Positions 19,283-28,934 of a DNA stretch of 64,000 nucleotides are shown one piece after another (the stretch's first letter is position 1; the number at the start of each line of letters is the position of its first letter). The translations under genes and the position numbers were made by a program. Source of the DNA: Thermodesulfobacteriota bacterium (lineage in GTDB: Bacteria; Desulfobacterota_D; UBA1144; Nemesobacterales; UBA2774). The DNA is taken from NCBI GenBank assembly GCA_965216785.1, contig OZ244197.1, positions 224,001 to 288,000 of the forward strand, written 5' to 3'. The notes under the pieces were generated by a model that saw only the letters and a program-made list of their open reading frames with translations, was not told the DNA's origin and did not search any database.

Positions 19283-19732
19283 CTAATTTTCTTCGTCTGA
19301 GCTAAACCCGTTCCACTGAAATTCACCTTTGGGACCGAGTAGAGAAAATGGGTTATATGCAACTTCCCACAAATTGCCGTCAGGGTCAGAGAAGTAACCC
19401 GAATAACCGCCCCAGAAAACCTTTTCGGCAAGCTTAATAATTCGCCCGCCTGCCCTCTTTGCTTCTTCTAAAATCTCGTCGACTTCTTTTTCAGATCTTA
19501 CATTGTATGCAATAGTAAATGCCGAATAGCCTGATCGTTCCGAAGGAATTTTCACCTCCTCGACCATTTTATCCCAGGGATATAGAGCTAGAGTCATATT
19601 TTGGAGGTCATATGCAACAATCTCTTCCGACTGCTGCTCTGATGCAGCCTTCCAGCCCAGGGCATCATAAAATGCGCGCGCTCTGTTAAGGTTGGTGACA
19701 CATAGGGTTATGATACTTATTCGCTGATCCAT
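19283..19732 (-). CDS. VOC/glyoxalase family protein
   Basis: 'RISIITL.V.NL.RARAFY..LGW', 'FWGGYSGYFSDPDGNLWEVAYNP'. Confidence 0.92.
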   Translation of the reverse strand: MDQRISIITLCVTNLNRARAFYDALGWKAASEQQSEEIVAYDLQNMTLALYPWDKMVEEVKIPSERSGYSAFTIAYNVRSEKEVDEILEEAKRAGGRIIKLAEKVFWGGYSGYFSDPDGNLWEVAYNPFSLLGPKGEFQWNGFSSDEEN

Positions 19733-19786
19733 TTCTTTACCGAACAATGAGGAAAGGATCCAAATCCCGGAAAAATCCTAGGAAGT

Positions 19787-21124
19787 TTATTCAATATCTA
19801 GCACTTTCCCTTTGGTTTCCGGAAGGGTCAGCACTACAAAGGCTGCCGCGACGGCGAATATGGATACTGTGGTCAGACCCACTGCAAAACCGTATTTTCC
19901 GACTAAAAATCCAATGAGCGGGGGAGCTACGGCGGATACACCTCTCCCCACGTTATAACAGAACCCCTGCGCTGTTCCACGCGCCCTGGTCGGGAAAATC
20001 TCTGAGAAAATTGCGCCGAAGCCTGAATAAAAACCGGTGCCGAAAAAGCCGATAAAAGGCCCCAGGATGAGTACCTCTTTAAGAGTGGTCGCGTGCCCGA
20101 AGAACCAAACAAGAACCGCCATTATAAGGAGATAAGCAACAAACACCGGTCTCCGACCAAAACGGTCGCTTATAAATCCAAACGTATTACAGCCTATAAA
20201 CGCACCTAAATTGATAGGGATAATCCAGATGAATCCTTTAGTATCGAGGCCAACCCCCTTTTCACTCGCAAGGAACTGAGGAAGCCAGAAATAGAGACCC
20301 CAGTAAGCAATCATACAAAGACTTGTAAGCAGTGTGGCTGTGATAGTAAACCTCAGAAGATCGGGCGCGAATATCTGACTTAGGGTAAAACCCTGCCCTT
20401 TCTCGCTCATAGTGCCTTCTTTGCGCATATCTTTGGTTTTTTGCCAAACCTCGGGCTCATCAAGGTGACGTCTGATATAGAAAACCAGAAATGCCGGCAG
20501 GACGCCTACCATAAACAGAATTCTCCATCCAAGGTCTATCCCGTCCAGGGTAAGACCTATAATAGGGATTGTATATTGAACACCTTCTTTAAAATGTGGA
20601 ATTATTAGTGTGGCAAGTATGGCGGCCAGTATGTAACCGATACCCCATCCGCTCTGCACCATGCCGATGACTTTTCCTCTGTGCTGGTTCGGCCACTTCT
20701 CGGCAACGAGTACTTCACCAGACGCCCATTCACCACCCATACCGAACCCTAAAAACACCCGGCAGACGAGAAGGAAAGCCACATTGGGTGAAAGTGCGCT
20801 TAGCCCGGTGAAAGCAGAGTAGAGAAGAATGCTGTATGTAAGAGCCCTGACACGGCCAATGTAGTCAGAGATAATGCCGAACACCGCGCCCCCGAATGCT
20901 GAAGCAAAGAGCGTGACTGAAAACAGCGCTCCCACCCAGGCCTCTGAGAGATTGAAGACCTTGCCGACCGAGCCCACAGCAAAAGCAAATAGCAGAAGGT
21001 CCATGGCATCGAGTGTCCATCCCAAGAACGCCGCATAGAAGGCTTTCCACTGCTCAGAAGTAATTTCATTAACCCAACCGAAAAGACCGCCGCCCGACGA
21101 CGCGCCTGATGTTTGATTACTCAT
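19787..21124 (-). CDS. MFS transporter (aromatic acid/carboxylate:H+ symporter-like)
   Basis: 'GWTLDAMD', 'SDYIGRVR', 'GMGGEW', 'SEIFPTRARGTAQGFCYNVGR', 'LPETKG'. Confidence 0.93.
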   Translation of the reverse strand: MSNQTSGASSGGGLFGWVNEITSEQWKAFYAAFLGWTLDAMDLLLFAFAVGSVGKVFNLSEAWVGALFSVTLFASAFGGAVFGIISDYIGRVRALTYSILLYSAFTGLSALSPNVAFLLVCRVFLGFGMGGEWASGEVLVAEKWPNQHRGKVIGMVQSGWGIGYILAAILATLIIPHFKEGVQYTIPIIGLTLDGIDLGWRILFMVGVLPAFLVFYIRRHLDEPEVWQKTKDMRKEGTMSEKGQGFTLSQIFAPDLLRFTITATLLTSLCMIAYWGLYFWLPQFLASEKGVGLDTKGFIWIIPINLGAFIGCNTFGFISDRFGRRPVFVAYLLIMAVLVWFFGHATTLKEVLILGPFIGFFGTGFYSGFGAIFSEIFPTRARGTAQGFCYNVGRGVSAVAPPLIGFLVGKYGFAVGLTTVSIFAVAAAFVVLTLPETKGKVLDIE

Positions 21125-21323
21125 ACGAAAGCCTCCCTATAACTCTCAATACTATAGATATTTTTTCCATCCTACTAAATTTAGCAAACTATGTCAATCC
21201 TGTCATCTCGCTGTATATCCAAATCTTCCGACGCTGCATACTATATTAATATTAAAGCTAATAAGGTGATTTTACACATTAAAGTTTTCTTGACTAGCTA
21301 GGGGTACAGCGTTAAAGTCTAAT

Positions 21324-21485
21324 GGGGACGGAGGCGAGCTCTTTCGAGCGATGCCGGGGAATTATTTGGGGACGGAGGCGAGCGTTTTCGAGCGATGCCG
21401 GGGAATTATTTGGGGACGGAGGCGAGTGTTTTCGAGCAATGCCGGGGAATTATTTAGGGATGGAGGCAAGTGCTTTATAGCAATT
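21324..21485 (+). repeat. 44-bp tandem array, four copies (starts 21324, 21368, 21412, 21456; last one degenerate)
   Basis: Unit GGGGACGGAGGCGAGC(T/G)(C/T)TTTCGAGCGATGCCGGGGAATTATTT with exact 44-nt period and no spacers. Confidence 0.95.
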
Positions 21486-21506
21486 TACACAGGATTTAAA
21501 TGAAAA

Positions 21507-22814
21507 ATGGCGAAGAGAAACCTATACATAGAGACCTATGGCTGCCAGATGAACGAGTATGACTCGGACAGGATTACAGCGGCTCTTGGAGCACAATTAA
21601 CCGACGATCCCAAATGCGCGGACGTTATTATTATCAACACCTGCGCAATCAGGGACAAAGCCGACCAGAAAGCGTTCAGCAGCCTCGGAAAGTATAAACA
21701 TATTAAAGCGAAGAACCCAGATGTGATTGTAGGTATGGCCGGATGCGTGGCGCAGCTCTACGGAGACTCTATGCTAAAGCGTATGCCGCACCTTGATTTT
21801 GTGCTAGGTCCGAGGGCAATCCCCAAGCTTCCTGAGATTATCTCAGATATAGAGAGGAAAAAGATCAGGACCGTTGAGACCTCTTATGATGTAGAGGAGC
21901 TTTTCGACGTAGAGCCCTATCATAAGCCCGGAGATGTCACAGCGTTTGTTTCTGTGCAGCAGGGATGCAATAAGAGGTGCTCTTACTGCATAGTACCGTA
22001 CGTAAGGGGAGATGAGGTAAACAGGCCACTTGAGGATATAATCACTGAGACTGAGAGCATGGTTAATAAGGGAGTAAGGGAAATTACGTTTATAGGCCAG
22101 ACCGTGAATTCCTGGAAACAAAACGGCTATAAGTTCGGGGACCTTCTGAGAGCGGCGGGGGATATAGAAGACCTTGAGCGGATACGTTTTACAACTTCTT
22201 ACCCAAGGGATATAACAAAGAGAATGATAGACGCTATGAAAGACGTCCCACAAATCTGCCCCCACATCCACCTGCCGGTTCAATCAGGATCAAATGAAGT
22301 GCTTTCAAAAATGCAGAGGACTTATACGAGAGAATGGTTTGTTGATACAGTGAACAGGCTCCGGGACGAGATCGCAGATTTTGCAATCTCAACCGATATA
22401 ATTGTAGGTTTCCCGGGGGAGACGGATAAGGATTTCGAAGAAACTATGTCGCTTATGGAGGAGGTCAGGTTTGAGAGCGCTTTTTCATTTATCTATTCTC
22501 CGAGACCAGGTACTCCTGCTGCAGAAATAACAGGGAATGAGTGCGTAGACAAAGAGGTAGCGAGCGCTCGGCTGTCGCGCCTTCAGCAGCGTCAGAGCGA
22601 TATTACATTTGAGAGCAACTCAAACAGGGTCGGCAGGATCGAAGAAGTCCTGGTTGAAGGACCCAGTAAAAAAGATGAGAGCTTCATCACTGGACGGACC
22701 TCGCAGAACAGGATTGCCAATTTCATGGGCCCTCAAGCGCTTACAGGCACTGTGGTTAAGGTGAGAATTACAGAGGGCCTTCAGAACTCCATTCGTGGAG
22801 AGCTTGTTGTATAA
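21507..22814 (+). CDS. miaB: tRNA-2-methylthio-N6-dimethylallyladenosine synthase MiaB
   Basis: 'TYGCQMNEYDS', 'NTCAIR', radical SAM 'CNKRCSYC', C-terminal TRAM domain. Confidence 0.95.
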   Translation: MAKRNLYIETYGCQMNEYDSDRITAALGAQLTDDPKCADVIIINTCAIRDKADQKAFSSLGKYKHIKAKNPDVIVGMAGCVAQLYGDSMLKRMPHLDFVLGPRAIPKLPEIISDIERKKIRTVETSYDVEELFDVEPYHKPGDVTAFVSVQQGCNKRCSYCIVPYVRGDEVNRPLEDIITETESMVNKGVREITFIGQTVNSWKQNGYKFGDLLRAAGDIEDLERIRFTTSYPRDITKRMIDAMKDVPQICPHIHLPVQSGSNEVLSKMQRTYTREWFVDTVNRLRDEIADFAISTDIIVGFPGETDKDFEETMSLMEEVRFESAFSFIYSPRPGTPAAEITGNECVDKEVASARLSRLQQRQSDITFESNSNRVGRIEEVLVEGPSKKDESFITGRTSQNRIANFMGPQALTGTVVKVRITEGLQNSIRGELVV

Positions 22815-22837
22815 TATTTATTAGGGAGGTAACTGCA

Positions 22838-23311
22838 ATGCTAAAGATGAAGGTATCAGGTATCGCGCTTGACCCTTTCACCAACAGCCCGATTGTAATA
22901 CTAAAGGACGAAATGGATGAAAGGACTCTTCCCATATGGATAGGTTTTATGGAGGCAAGCTCTATAGCCATGGAGCTTGAAAAGACACCCAGGATAAGGC
23001 CAATCACCCACGACCTTGTAAAGAATCTCCTAGAAAAGCTTAATTACAGCGTGTCTAAGATAGAGGTTACGGACCTCCGTGACGACACTTTCTATGCACG
23101 TATATATCTTCAAAAAAACGGCGAGGAACACTCACTCGACTCAAGACCAAGCGACGCTATAGCTATCGCGCTCAGAACAGATTCCCCTATATTCGTAAAC
23201 GAAGAAGTCATAGAAAAATCAAAGACAATCGAAATAGACGAAGATAAGGATAAGCTTAACGATCTACTTGAGAATATGACTGACGGGGACTTTGGAAAAT
23301 ACAAGATGTAA
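22838..23311 (+). CDS. Bifunctional nuclease family protein (DUF151)
   Basis: 'LPIWIG..EA..I', 'RP.THDL', 'DSRPSDAIAIALR'. Confidence 0.93.
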   Translation: MLKMKVSGIALDPFTNSPIVILKDEMDERTLPIWIGFMEASSIAMELEKTPRIRPITHDLVKNLLEKLNYSVSKIEVTDLRDDTFYARIYLQKNGEEHSLDSRPSDAIAIALRTDSPIFVNEEVIEKSKTIEIDEDKDKLNDLLENMTDGDFGKYKM

Positions 23312-23349
23312 AAAGATCGGGAAAACCTATCTCAAAAGATTATAGCTTA

Positions 23350-24762
23350 TTAAAGCTCGCCGGCTTCTTCCATTATATCCTCACCGCTCTCGTCACCAAG
23401 CTCGTGCTTTGCAAGACGGTAGCGCAGCGAGCGGAGTGTAATTCCAAGAAGCTTTGCGGCCTCTGTCTTATTGCCGTTTGTACTCCGTAGCGCCTTCTCG
23501 ATCATCTTCCTCTCAACATCGCTCATAAGTGTATCAAGACTTGTGCTCGAGGAAAAGCTGGTGTCCAGATCAATGTAGTCCTTTCCGGTTACGAGCTGAG
23601 GCAGGGTCTCCTGACGGATGACGTTTGAGCTTTCAAGAGCGACGCAGCGCGCGATTATATTCTCAAGCTCTCTCACGTTGCCCGGATAATGGTAATTCTC
23701 AAGAGTCTCAAGCGCTTTTGGAGATATACCCCTTATATCCTTAGCCATTTCCTCTGCGTACTTGTTAATAAAATGAATCGCAAGCGGCGAAACATCGATC
23801 CTTCTTTCCCTTAAAGGCGGAAGCATTATCTTAATTACATTTAAACGGTAAAAAAGGTCCTCTCTGAACCTGCCTTCGGCCACTTCCTCTTCGAGATTTT
23901 TGTTTGTGGCTGCTATGATTCTTATATCGACATCAATATTTTCAGTCGAGCCCAGCGGCCTGATCTTTTTGTCCTCTATAACTCTAAGGAGCTTGACCTG
24001 GAGATGAAGCGGAAGATCGCCAATTTCATCAAGGAATATTGTGCCGGTATGCGCCTCTTCAAACAGCCCTTTTTTATCTGTGACGGCCCCTGTAAAAGCG
24101 CCTTTTTTATATCCGAAAAGCTCACTCTCCATAAGAGACTCGGGAATAGCTCCACAGTTTACGGGTATAAAAGGCTTTTCATGTCTCGAACCACTGTAGT
24201 GAATTGCTCGCGCGACAAGTTCTTTACCCGTTCCGCTCTCTCCCGCAATCAGCACATTTACATTAAGCTCCGCAACCCGCTTTATAAGCTCGAATACTTT
24301 TACAATCGACGGGCTTCTGCCGATAATGTTACCGAACCCGTACTGTGTCTCGAGCTCTTTTCTGAGCCTAGTGTTCTCTCTCTCAAGCTTCTTCTTATCG
24401 AGAGCTTTCTTAATAACTAATTTGATTTCGTCAATTTTAAAGGGCTTTGTAATGTAGTCGTAAGCCCCGAGCTTCATCGCCTCAATCGCAGTCTCGTGCG
24501 ATGCATAAGCAGTAATCATTATTACTGTAGTATCAGGGCTCTTTTCATTAATTTTTTTAAGCACCTCAATACCGTTCATTACAGGCATCTGGATATCGGT
24601 GATAGCCAGATCGAACAAAGTATTGTCAATCTTGTCCATAGCTTCAGGACCGTCTGAAGCCGTTTCGACAATATAGCCGTCTTTTTGGAGCATTATCTCC
24701 AAAAACTCTCTCATCCCAGGCTCATCGTCTATAACTATAATCTTATTTTTACTATCCTCCAT
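23350..24762 (-). CDS. pilR: Sigma54-dependent response regulator PilR
   Basis: Receiver + AAA+ ([14 protein letters not shown]) + Fis HTH ('LRSLRYRL'); follows pilS. Confidence 0.88.
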   Translation of the reverse strand: MEDSKNKIIVIDDEPGMREFLEIMLQKDGYIVETASDGPEAMDKIDNTLFDLAITDIQMPVMNGIEVLKKINEKSPDTTVIMITAYASHETAIEAMKLGAYDYITKPFKIDEIKLVIKKALDKKKLERENTRLRKELETQYGFGNIIGRSPSIVKVFELIKRVAELNVNVLIAGESGTGKELVARAIHYSGSRHEKPFIPVNCGAIPESLMESELFGYKKGAFTGAVTDKKGLFEEAHTGTIFLDEIGDLPLHLQVKLLRVIEDKKIRPLGSTENIDVDIRIIAATNKNLEEEVAEGRFREDLFYRLNVIKIMLPPLRERRIDVSPLAIHFINKYAEEMAKDIRGISPKALETLENYHYPGNVRELENIIARCVALESSNVIRQETLPQLVTGKDYIDLDTSFSSSTSLDTLMSDVERKMIEKALRSTNGNKTEAAKLLGITLRSLRYRLAKHELGDESGEDIMEEAGEL

Positions 24763-24808
24763 CTCTTACATATACCTCGTGAATAATCTTGGTTCCTGAG
24801 CTAAATTC

Positions 24809-26422
24809 TTATTGGATTCTCGGTAATGTGATAAAAAATGTAGCCCCTTTTCCAGGGGAGCTTTCTACATTTACTTCACCATTATAACCTTCAATTACTT
24901 TTTGTACAATTGCGAGACCAAGCCCCGTACCTACCTCCTTAGTTGTAAAAAATGGATCGAAAAGCCTGGATTTAATTTTATCTTCTATCCCCCTTCCTTC
25001 ATCCCTGAACTTAAGGATTACATTTCCGTTCCGAAACTCAGAGCTCAGCGTGACCTTACCTCCACCGGGCATGGCTTCGATCGAATTCATAAGGAGGTTC
25101 CAAATGGCTTGTTTTAATCTGTAAGAATGGGCCTTTACATAAATTTCCTCTTCAATCCCGTTTATGATTTCAATATTGGAGCGTCTTATTGTTTTGGTAA
25201 ATGAGTCGACGGTACTGGAAATTATTTTACCTAGGTCAACTGAGGATTTATTTTTCTGTATAGGCATCGTCAGGATCAGGAAGTCTTCGACAAGCAAATT
25301 GAGCCTCTCAACCTCCTGAGTAGCGACTCCGATTAGACGCTCATGCTCATCGGTCGGGGTCAAATCTTCTCTAAGAATTTCAACAGCACCGCTAATTGCA
25401 GAGAGAGGGTTTCTGAGCTCATGCGCAAGACCCGCTGAAAGCTGACCCAAAACAGCCATTTTCTCAGAAGTCATCAGACGCTCTTCAAGCTCTTTAACCT
25501 CTGTCAAGTCTTGGAAAATGATTATATAACCCTGAAGCCCATCGTCCGTATCTCTGAGGTCCGAGGAAGAAAACCCGAGTGTAAGCGTTCTTCCATCAGG
25601 CCTGGTGTAAGAGATTTGCTCTCTTTGACTTGAACTGAAACCAGGTATCTGAAGCCCGGATATTATGGAGCTTACGTCCCTGCCCAGCAGATTTTGCCCA
25701 TCCTGCTCACCCAGAATTTCCCGGCCTGTTTTGTTGAGCGATATAATCTTGCCTTGAAGATCGAGCGTAAGCAATCCGCTTGTCAAGCTCTCGAGTATAT
25801 TCTCGTGCAGGTTCTTCAGCACCCTAAGAGTCTTTTCGCTCTCTCCGAGCTCGCGCCCCGCAAGGCGTATGCGGTCTGACAAGTACCCCCCCAGAATCGC
25901 TATGAGTAAAAACCCGGTCAGATGGAAATATGTGGAGACAAGACCGCCCTCTCCCCAAATGGAACTTGCGCCGGGCACTGTCCCGCCGTCCAGGGGAAAA
26001 TTAAGACGCGTTTGGTAATAAACAATCAGAATATAGACCACGCCTGAAACTAGTGCGGTCAGATAGCTGGCAAGCCTTGAAAGCACTATACTTGCATAGA
26101 TTATGATAAACACATATAGGAAGATAAACGGGCTCGATCTCCCTCCTGTAATATATATCGCTGTTGAGGCAAGCGCTATATCGAAAGTGAGCTGGGTTAT
26201 CTGGAAAAATCTGGGATAACTCTTAAGAGCGGACTGTAAAAATAAGTAGATTAAGCTCAAAAAATATACGGCGGCAAGTATGACGACCAGATAAAACGCC
26301 TCGGTTTTCGCGCCCCTTATATAGTAAACAATCGCCCCCGCGCCAAGTAACACAGTAGCAAATATAATCCTAAGCACTATCGTGTTTTTGAGCCCGTGAC
26401 TTAATTTCCCGAGAAGCTTCAT
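24809..26422 (-). CDS. pilS: Sensor histidine kinase PilS
   Basis: Multi-TM N-terminus with 'TGG..SPF.FLY', PAS-like region, 'AHELRNPL', 'FFTTK..GTGLGL'; start moved to ATG 26422. Confidence 0.88.
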   Translation of the reverse strand: MKLLGKLSHGLKNTIVLRIIFATVLLGAGAIVYYIRGAKTEAFYLVVILAAVYFLSLIYLFLQSALKSYPRFFQITQLTFDIALASTAIYITGGRSSPFIFLYVFIIIYASIVLSRLASYLTALVSGVVYILIVYYQTRLNFPLDGGTVPGASSIWGEGGLVSTYFHLTGFLLIAILGGYLSDRIRLAGRELGESEKTLRVLKNLHENILESLTSGLLTLDLQGKIISLNKTGREILGEQDGQNLLGRDVSSIISGLQIPGFSSSQREQISYTRPDGRTLTLGFSSSDLRDTDDGLQGYIIIFQDLTEVKELEERLMTSEKMAVLGQLSAGLAHELRNPLSAISGAVEILREDLTPTDEHERLIGVATQEVERLNLLVEDFLILTMPIQKNKSSVDLGKIISSTVDSFTKTIRRSNIEIINGIEEEIYVKAHSYRLKQAIWNLLMNSIEAMPGGGKVTLSSEFRNGNVILKFRDEGRGIEDKIKSRLFDPFFTTKEVGTGLGLAIVQKVIEGYNGEVNVESSPGKGATFFITLPRIQ

Positions 26423-26539
26423 ATATGTCCTAAGAGTAAACTTTGCCTTTACTACATGCAAGATTGAATGGGAACTCATACTACATCCCTTAAATCATAT
26501 AAAACTCTTGCTAAGCAGATGGCGGTTGAGCCCTAAGCC

Positions 26540-27754
26540 CTAATCCGCGAGGGTTGAAATGAGCTTGAACATAGGGAGGTACATAGATACAACAATAACG
26601 CCCACTGTAGCTCCCAGAAATGTGATCATTAATGGCTCTAGAGCGGAAAGAAGCGCCGCAACAGCAATATCAACTTCTTCCTCATAAAAATCAGCAATTT
26701 TATTGAGCATATCGTCAAGCGCACCCGTCTGCTCACCCACCGCGATCATCTGAATGACCATCGGCGGGAATAGTTTTGGCCTTGTCGAAAGCGGCTCTGC
26801 TATCGACTGTCCTTCACTAACTGCTTGTTTCGCCTCTAAAATAGCTTCCTCGGTAATAATGTTTCCGGATGCCTTTGCAGTAATATCCAGACCATCAAGT
26901 ATGGCTATACCGCCAGAGGTAAGGGTTGCAAGAGTCCGGCAGAACCTCGCGATAACAGTTTTTAGAATAAGCGGCCCTATAAGCCACATTTTCAACAGAA
27001 ACGCGTCGCACAATCTTCTTATCTTAAATGAGCGCCTATATAGTAATCCAATCAAAAAGACAATTGCCCCGATAGCAATAATTATGAATAGGACGTTGTG
27101 TCTAATAAATGCGCTCGTATCGACGACTAACTGGGTAAGCGTGGGAAGGGTAGTACCCATATCCTTGAACATTTCGGCAAATACCGGAACAACAAATATT
27201 ATTACGACCGCAAGCACCATAACGGCAACCCCTATAACTATGGAGGGATACACGAGAGCGCCTTTGATCTTCCTCTGTATCGAATCCATTTTTTCCAGAT
27301 AGGTAGCCAGCCTCTGGAGCACGACATCGAGCACACCGCCTGTTTCAGCCGCTCTTATGAGCTGTACGTATAAATTGGAAAATACCTTGGGGTGCTTACC
27401 CAGGGCATCGGCGAACGCTGATCCCGCTTCCACATCCTCTTTAACTTTTACAATAATGTCCTTGAATTTCTTATTCGGATTCTGCGCCGCCAGTATATCG
27501 AGCCCTCTTACGAGCGGGAGACCGGCGTCTATCATCGTGGAGAGCTGTCTTGTAAAAACGACAAGATCTCTTGTGGAAATTCCTCCGAAGCTGATATTCA
27601 TGCTCAGGAGGCTGCCTTTTTCTTTAATCTTGTTAGGAAGAGGCTGTATCTGCATCTGCCTCAAGCGAGCCAGAACTGCAGATTTGCTCGGAGCTTCCAT
27701 CTCTCCTTTTTGATGCGATCCCCTGACCCTTCCTTCCCATACGAATACCGGCAT
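26540..27754 (-). CDS. pilC: Type IV pilus inner-membrane platform protein PilC
   Basis: 'FTRQLSTMIDAGLPL', 'GEQTGALDDML.KIADFYEEEVD', 'LEP', 'MYLPMF'. Confidence 0.96.
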   Translation of the reverse strand: MPVFVWEGRVRGSHQKGEMEAPSKSAVLARLRQMQIQPLPNKIKEKGSLLSMNISFGGISTRDLVVFTRQLSTMIDAGLPLVRGLDILAAQNPNKKFKDIIVKVKEDVEAGSAFADALGKHPKVFSNLYVQLIRAAETGGVLDVVLQRLATYLEKMDSIQRKIKGALVYPSIVIGVAVMVLAVVIIFVVPVFAEMFKDMGTTLPTLTQLVVDTSAFIRHNVLFIIIAIGAIVFLIGLLYRRSFKIRRLCDAFLLKMWLIGPLILKTVIARFCRTLATLTSGGIAILDGLDITAKASGNIITEEAILEAKQAVSEGQSIAEPLSTRPKLFPPMVIQMIAVGEQTGALDDMLNKIADFYEEEVDIAVAALLSALEPLMITFLGATVGVIVVSMYLPMFKLISTLAD

Positions 27755-27815
27755 CTATATTCTCCTATATTGAAATACGAATGCGTACATGAATGTGTAA
27801 TTGATCATAACTTTT

Positions 27816-28919
27816 TTATTTTCTAACAGCGCGTTGTCTCATCATCTGAACTGCTTCTGGGTCCGATATAATTCGTTTCAGCTCCTCGGGTTCCTGCGAT
27901 TTATTTATTGCGTCCTCATAGGTTATAAGTTTTCTCAGATATAGATCGGACAAACTTTGATTGAGCGTCTGCATCTTCCACTTCTCCTGCCCGATCTGCT
28001 GCTGGGAATAGATCTGGTGCACTTTATCTTCACGGATGAGGTTTCTGATGGCCGGGTTGGGCGTAAGCACTTCAACCGCCAACACCCTGCCGCCTCCTAT
28101 TTTGGGAATAAGCGTCTGACACATAATCCCCTCGAGCACAAAAGAGAGCTGCGCCCTTACCTGGGCCTGCTCATGAGGAGGGAAAACGTCAATCACACGG
28201 TTTATGGTCTGTACCGCGGTATTGGTATGAAGCGTAGCGAGAGTCAAGTGACCGGTTTCAGAAAGTGTCAGCGCAATTTTAATAGTCTCAAGGTCCCTCA
28301 TTTCTCCTATTAGAATAACGTCCGGGTCTTCTCTGAGCACGCTCCTTAAAGCATTTGCAAAGCTTTTCGTATCACTCCCGATCTCCCTTTGGTTAACAAT
28401 GCAGTTCTTGTGCTGGAAAACGTACTCGATCGGGTCCTCTATGGTAACAATATGCTCGTAGCGCTCCCTGTTTACCTGATCCACCATACTGGCAAGGGTC
28501 GTTGTCTTACCCGAGCCCGTAGGACCGGTTATCAGAATAAGCCCTCTGGGCTTGCGGGCAAACTCGCTGGTCACGGCCGGGAGCCCGAGCTCCTGATAAT
28601 TCCGAATATTCGCAGGCAGAAGCCTAAAAGCGCCTGCAATCGCTCCCCTCTGAGTAAACACATTGCCCCTGAATCGGCCCAAAGCTTCTTTACCGAAGGA
28701 GAAATCAAGCTCCCAATTTTCTTCAAATCGGTGTTTTTGCACGTCTGTAAGAACGCTGTAACATAGCTCCTTGGTCTCCGGCGGAGTCAGCGCGGGATGC
28801 TTGAGCGGGACGAGCTTGCCGTCGACCCTGAGCATAGGGGGCACGCCTGCCGTAATATGTAAATCAGACGAATCATTTTCAACCATTACATTTAATAATT
28901 GATCCAGTACAACACCCAT
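27816..28919 (-). CDS. pilT: Type IV pilus retraction ATPase PilT
   Basis: Walker A GPTGSGKTTT, 'TIEDPIE', 'ETGHL..ATLHT', AIRNLIRE motif. Confidence 0.97.
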   Translation of the reverse strand: MGVVLDQLLNVMVENDSSDLHITAGVPPMLRVDGKLVPLKHPALTPPETKELCYSVLTDVQKHRFEENWELDFSFGKEALGRFRGNVFTQRGAIAGAFRLLPANIRNYQELGLPAVTSEFARKPRGLILITGPTGSGKTTTLASMVDQVNRERYEHIVTIEDPIEYVFQHKNCIVNQREIGSDTKSFANALRSVLREDPDVILIGEMRDLETIKIALTLSETGHLTLATLHTNTAVQTINRVIDVFPPHEQAQVRAQLSFVLEGIMCQTLIPKIGGGRVLAVEVLTPNPAIRNLIREDKVHQIYSQQQIGQEKWKMQTLNQSLSDLYLRKLITYEDAINKSQEPEELKRIISDPEAVQMMRQRAVRK

Positions 28920-28934
28920 TTATCATATCCTCCG

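Noticed and set aside
21324-21485. 44-bp array as a CRISPR
   Set aside because: Units are contiguous with no unique spacers, and there are no cas genes in the window.
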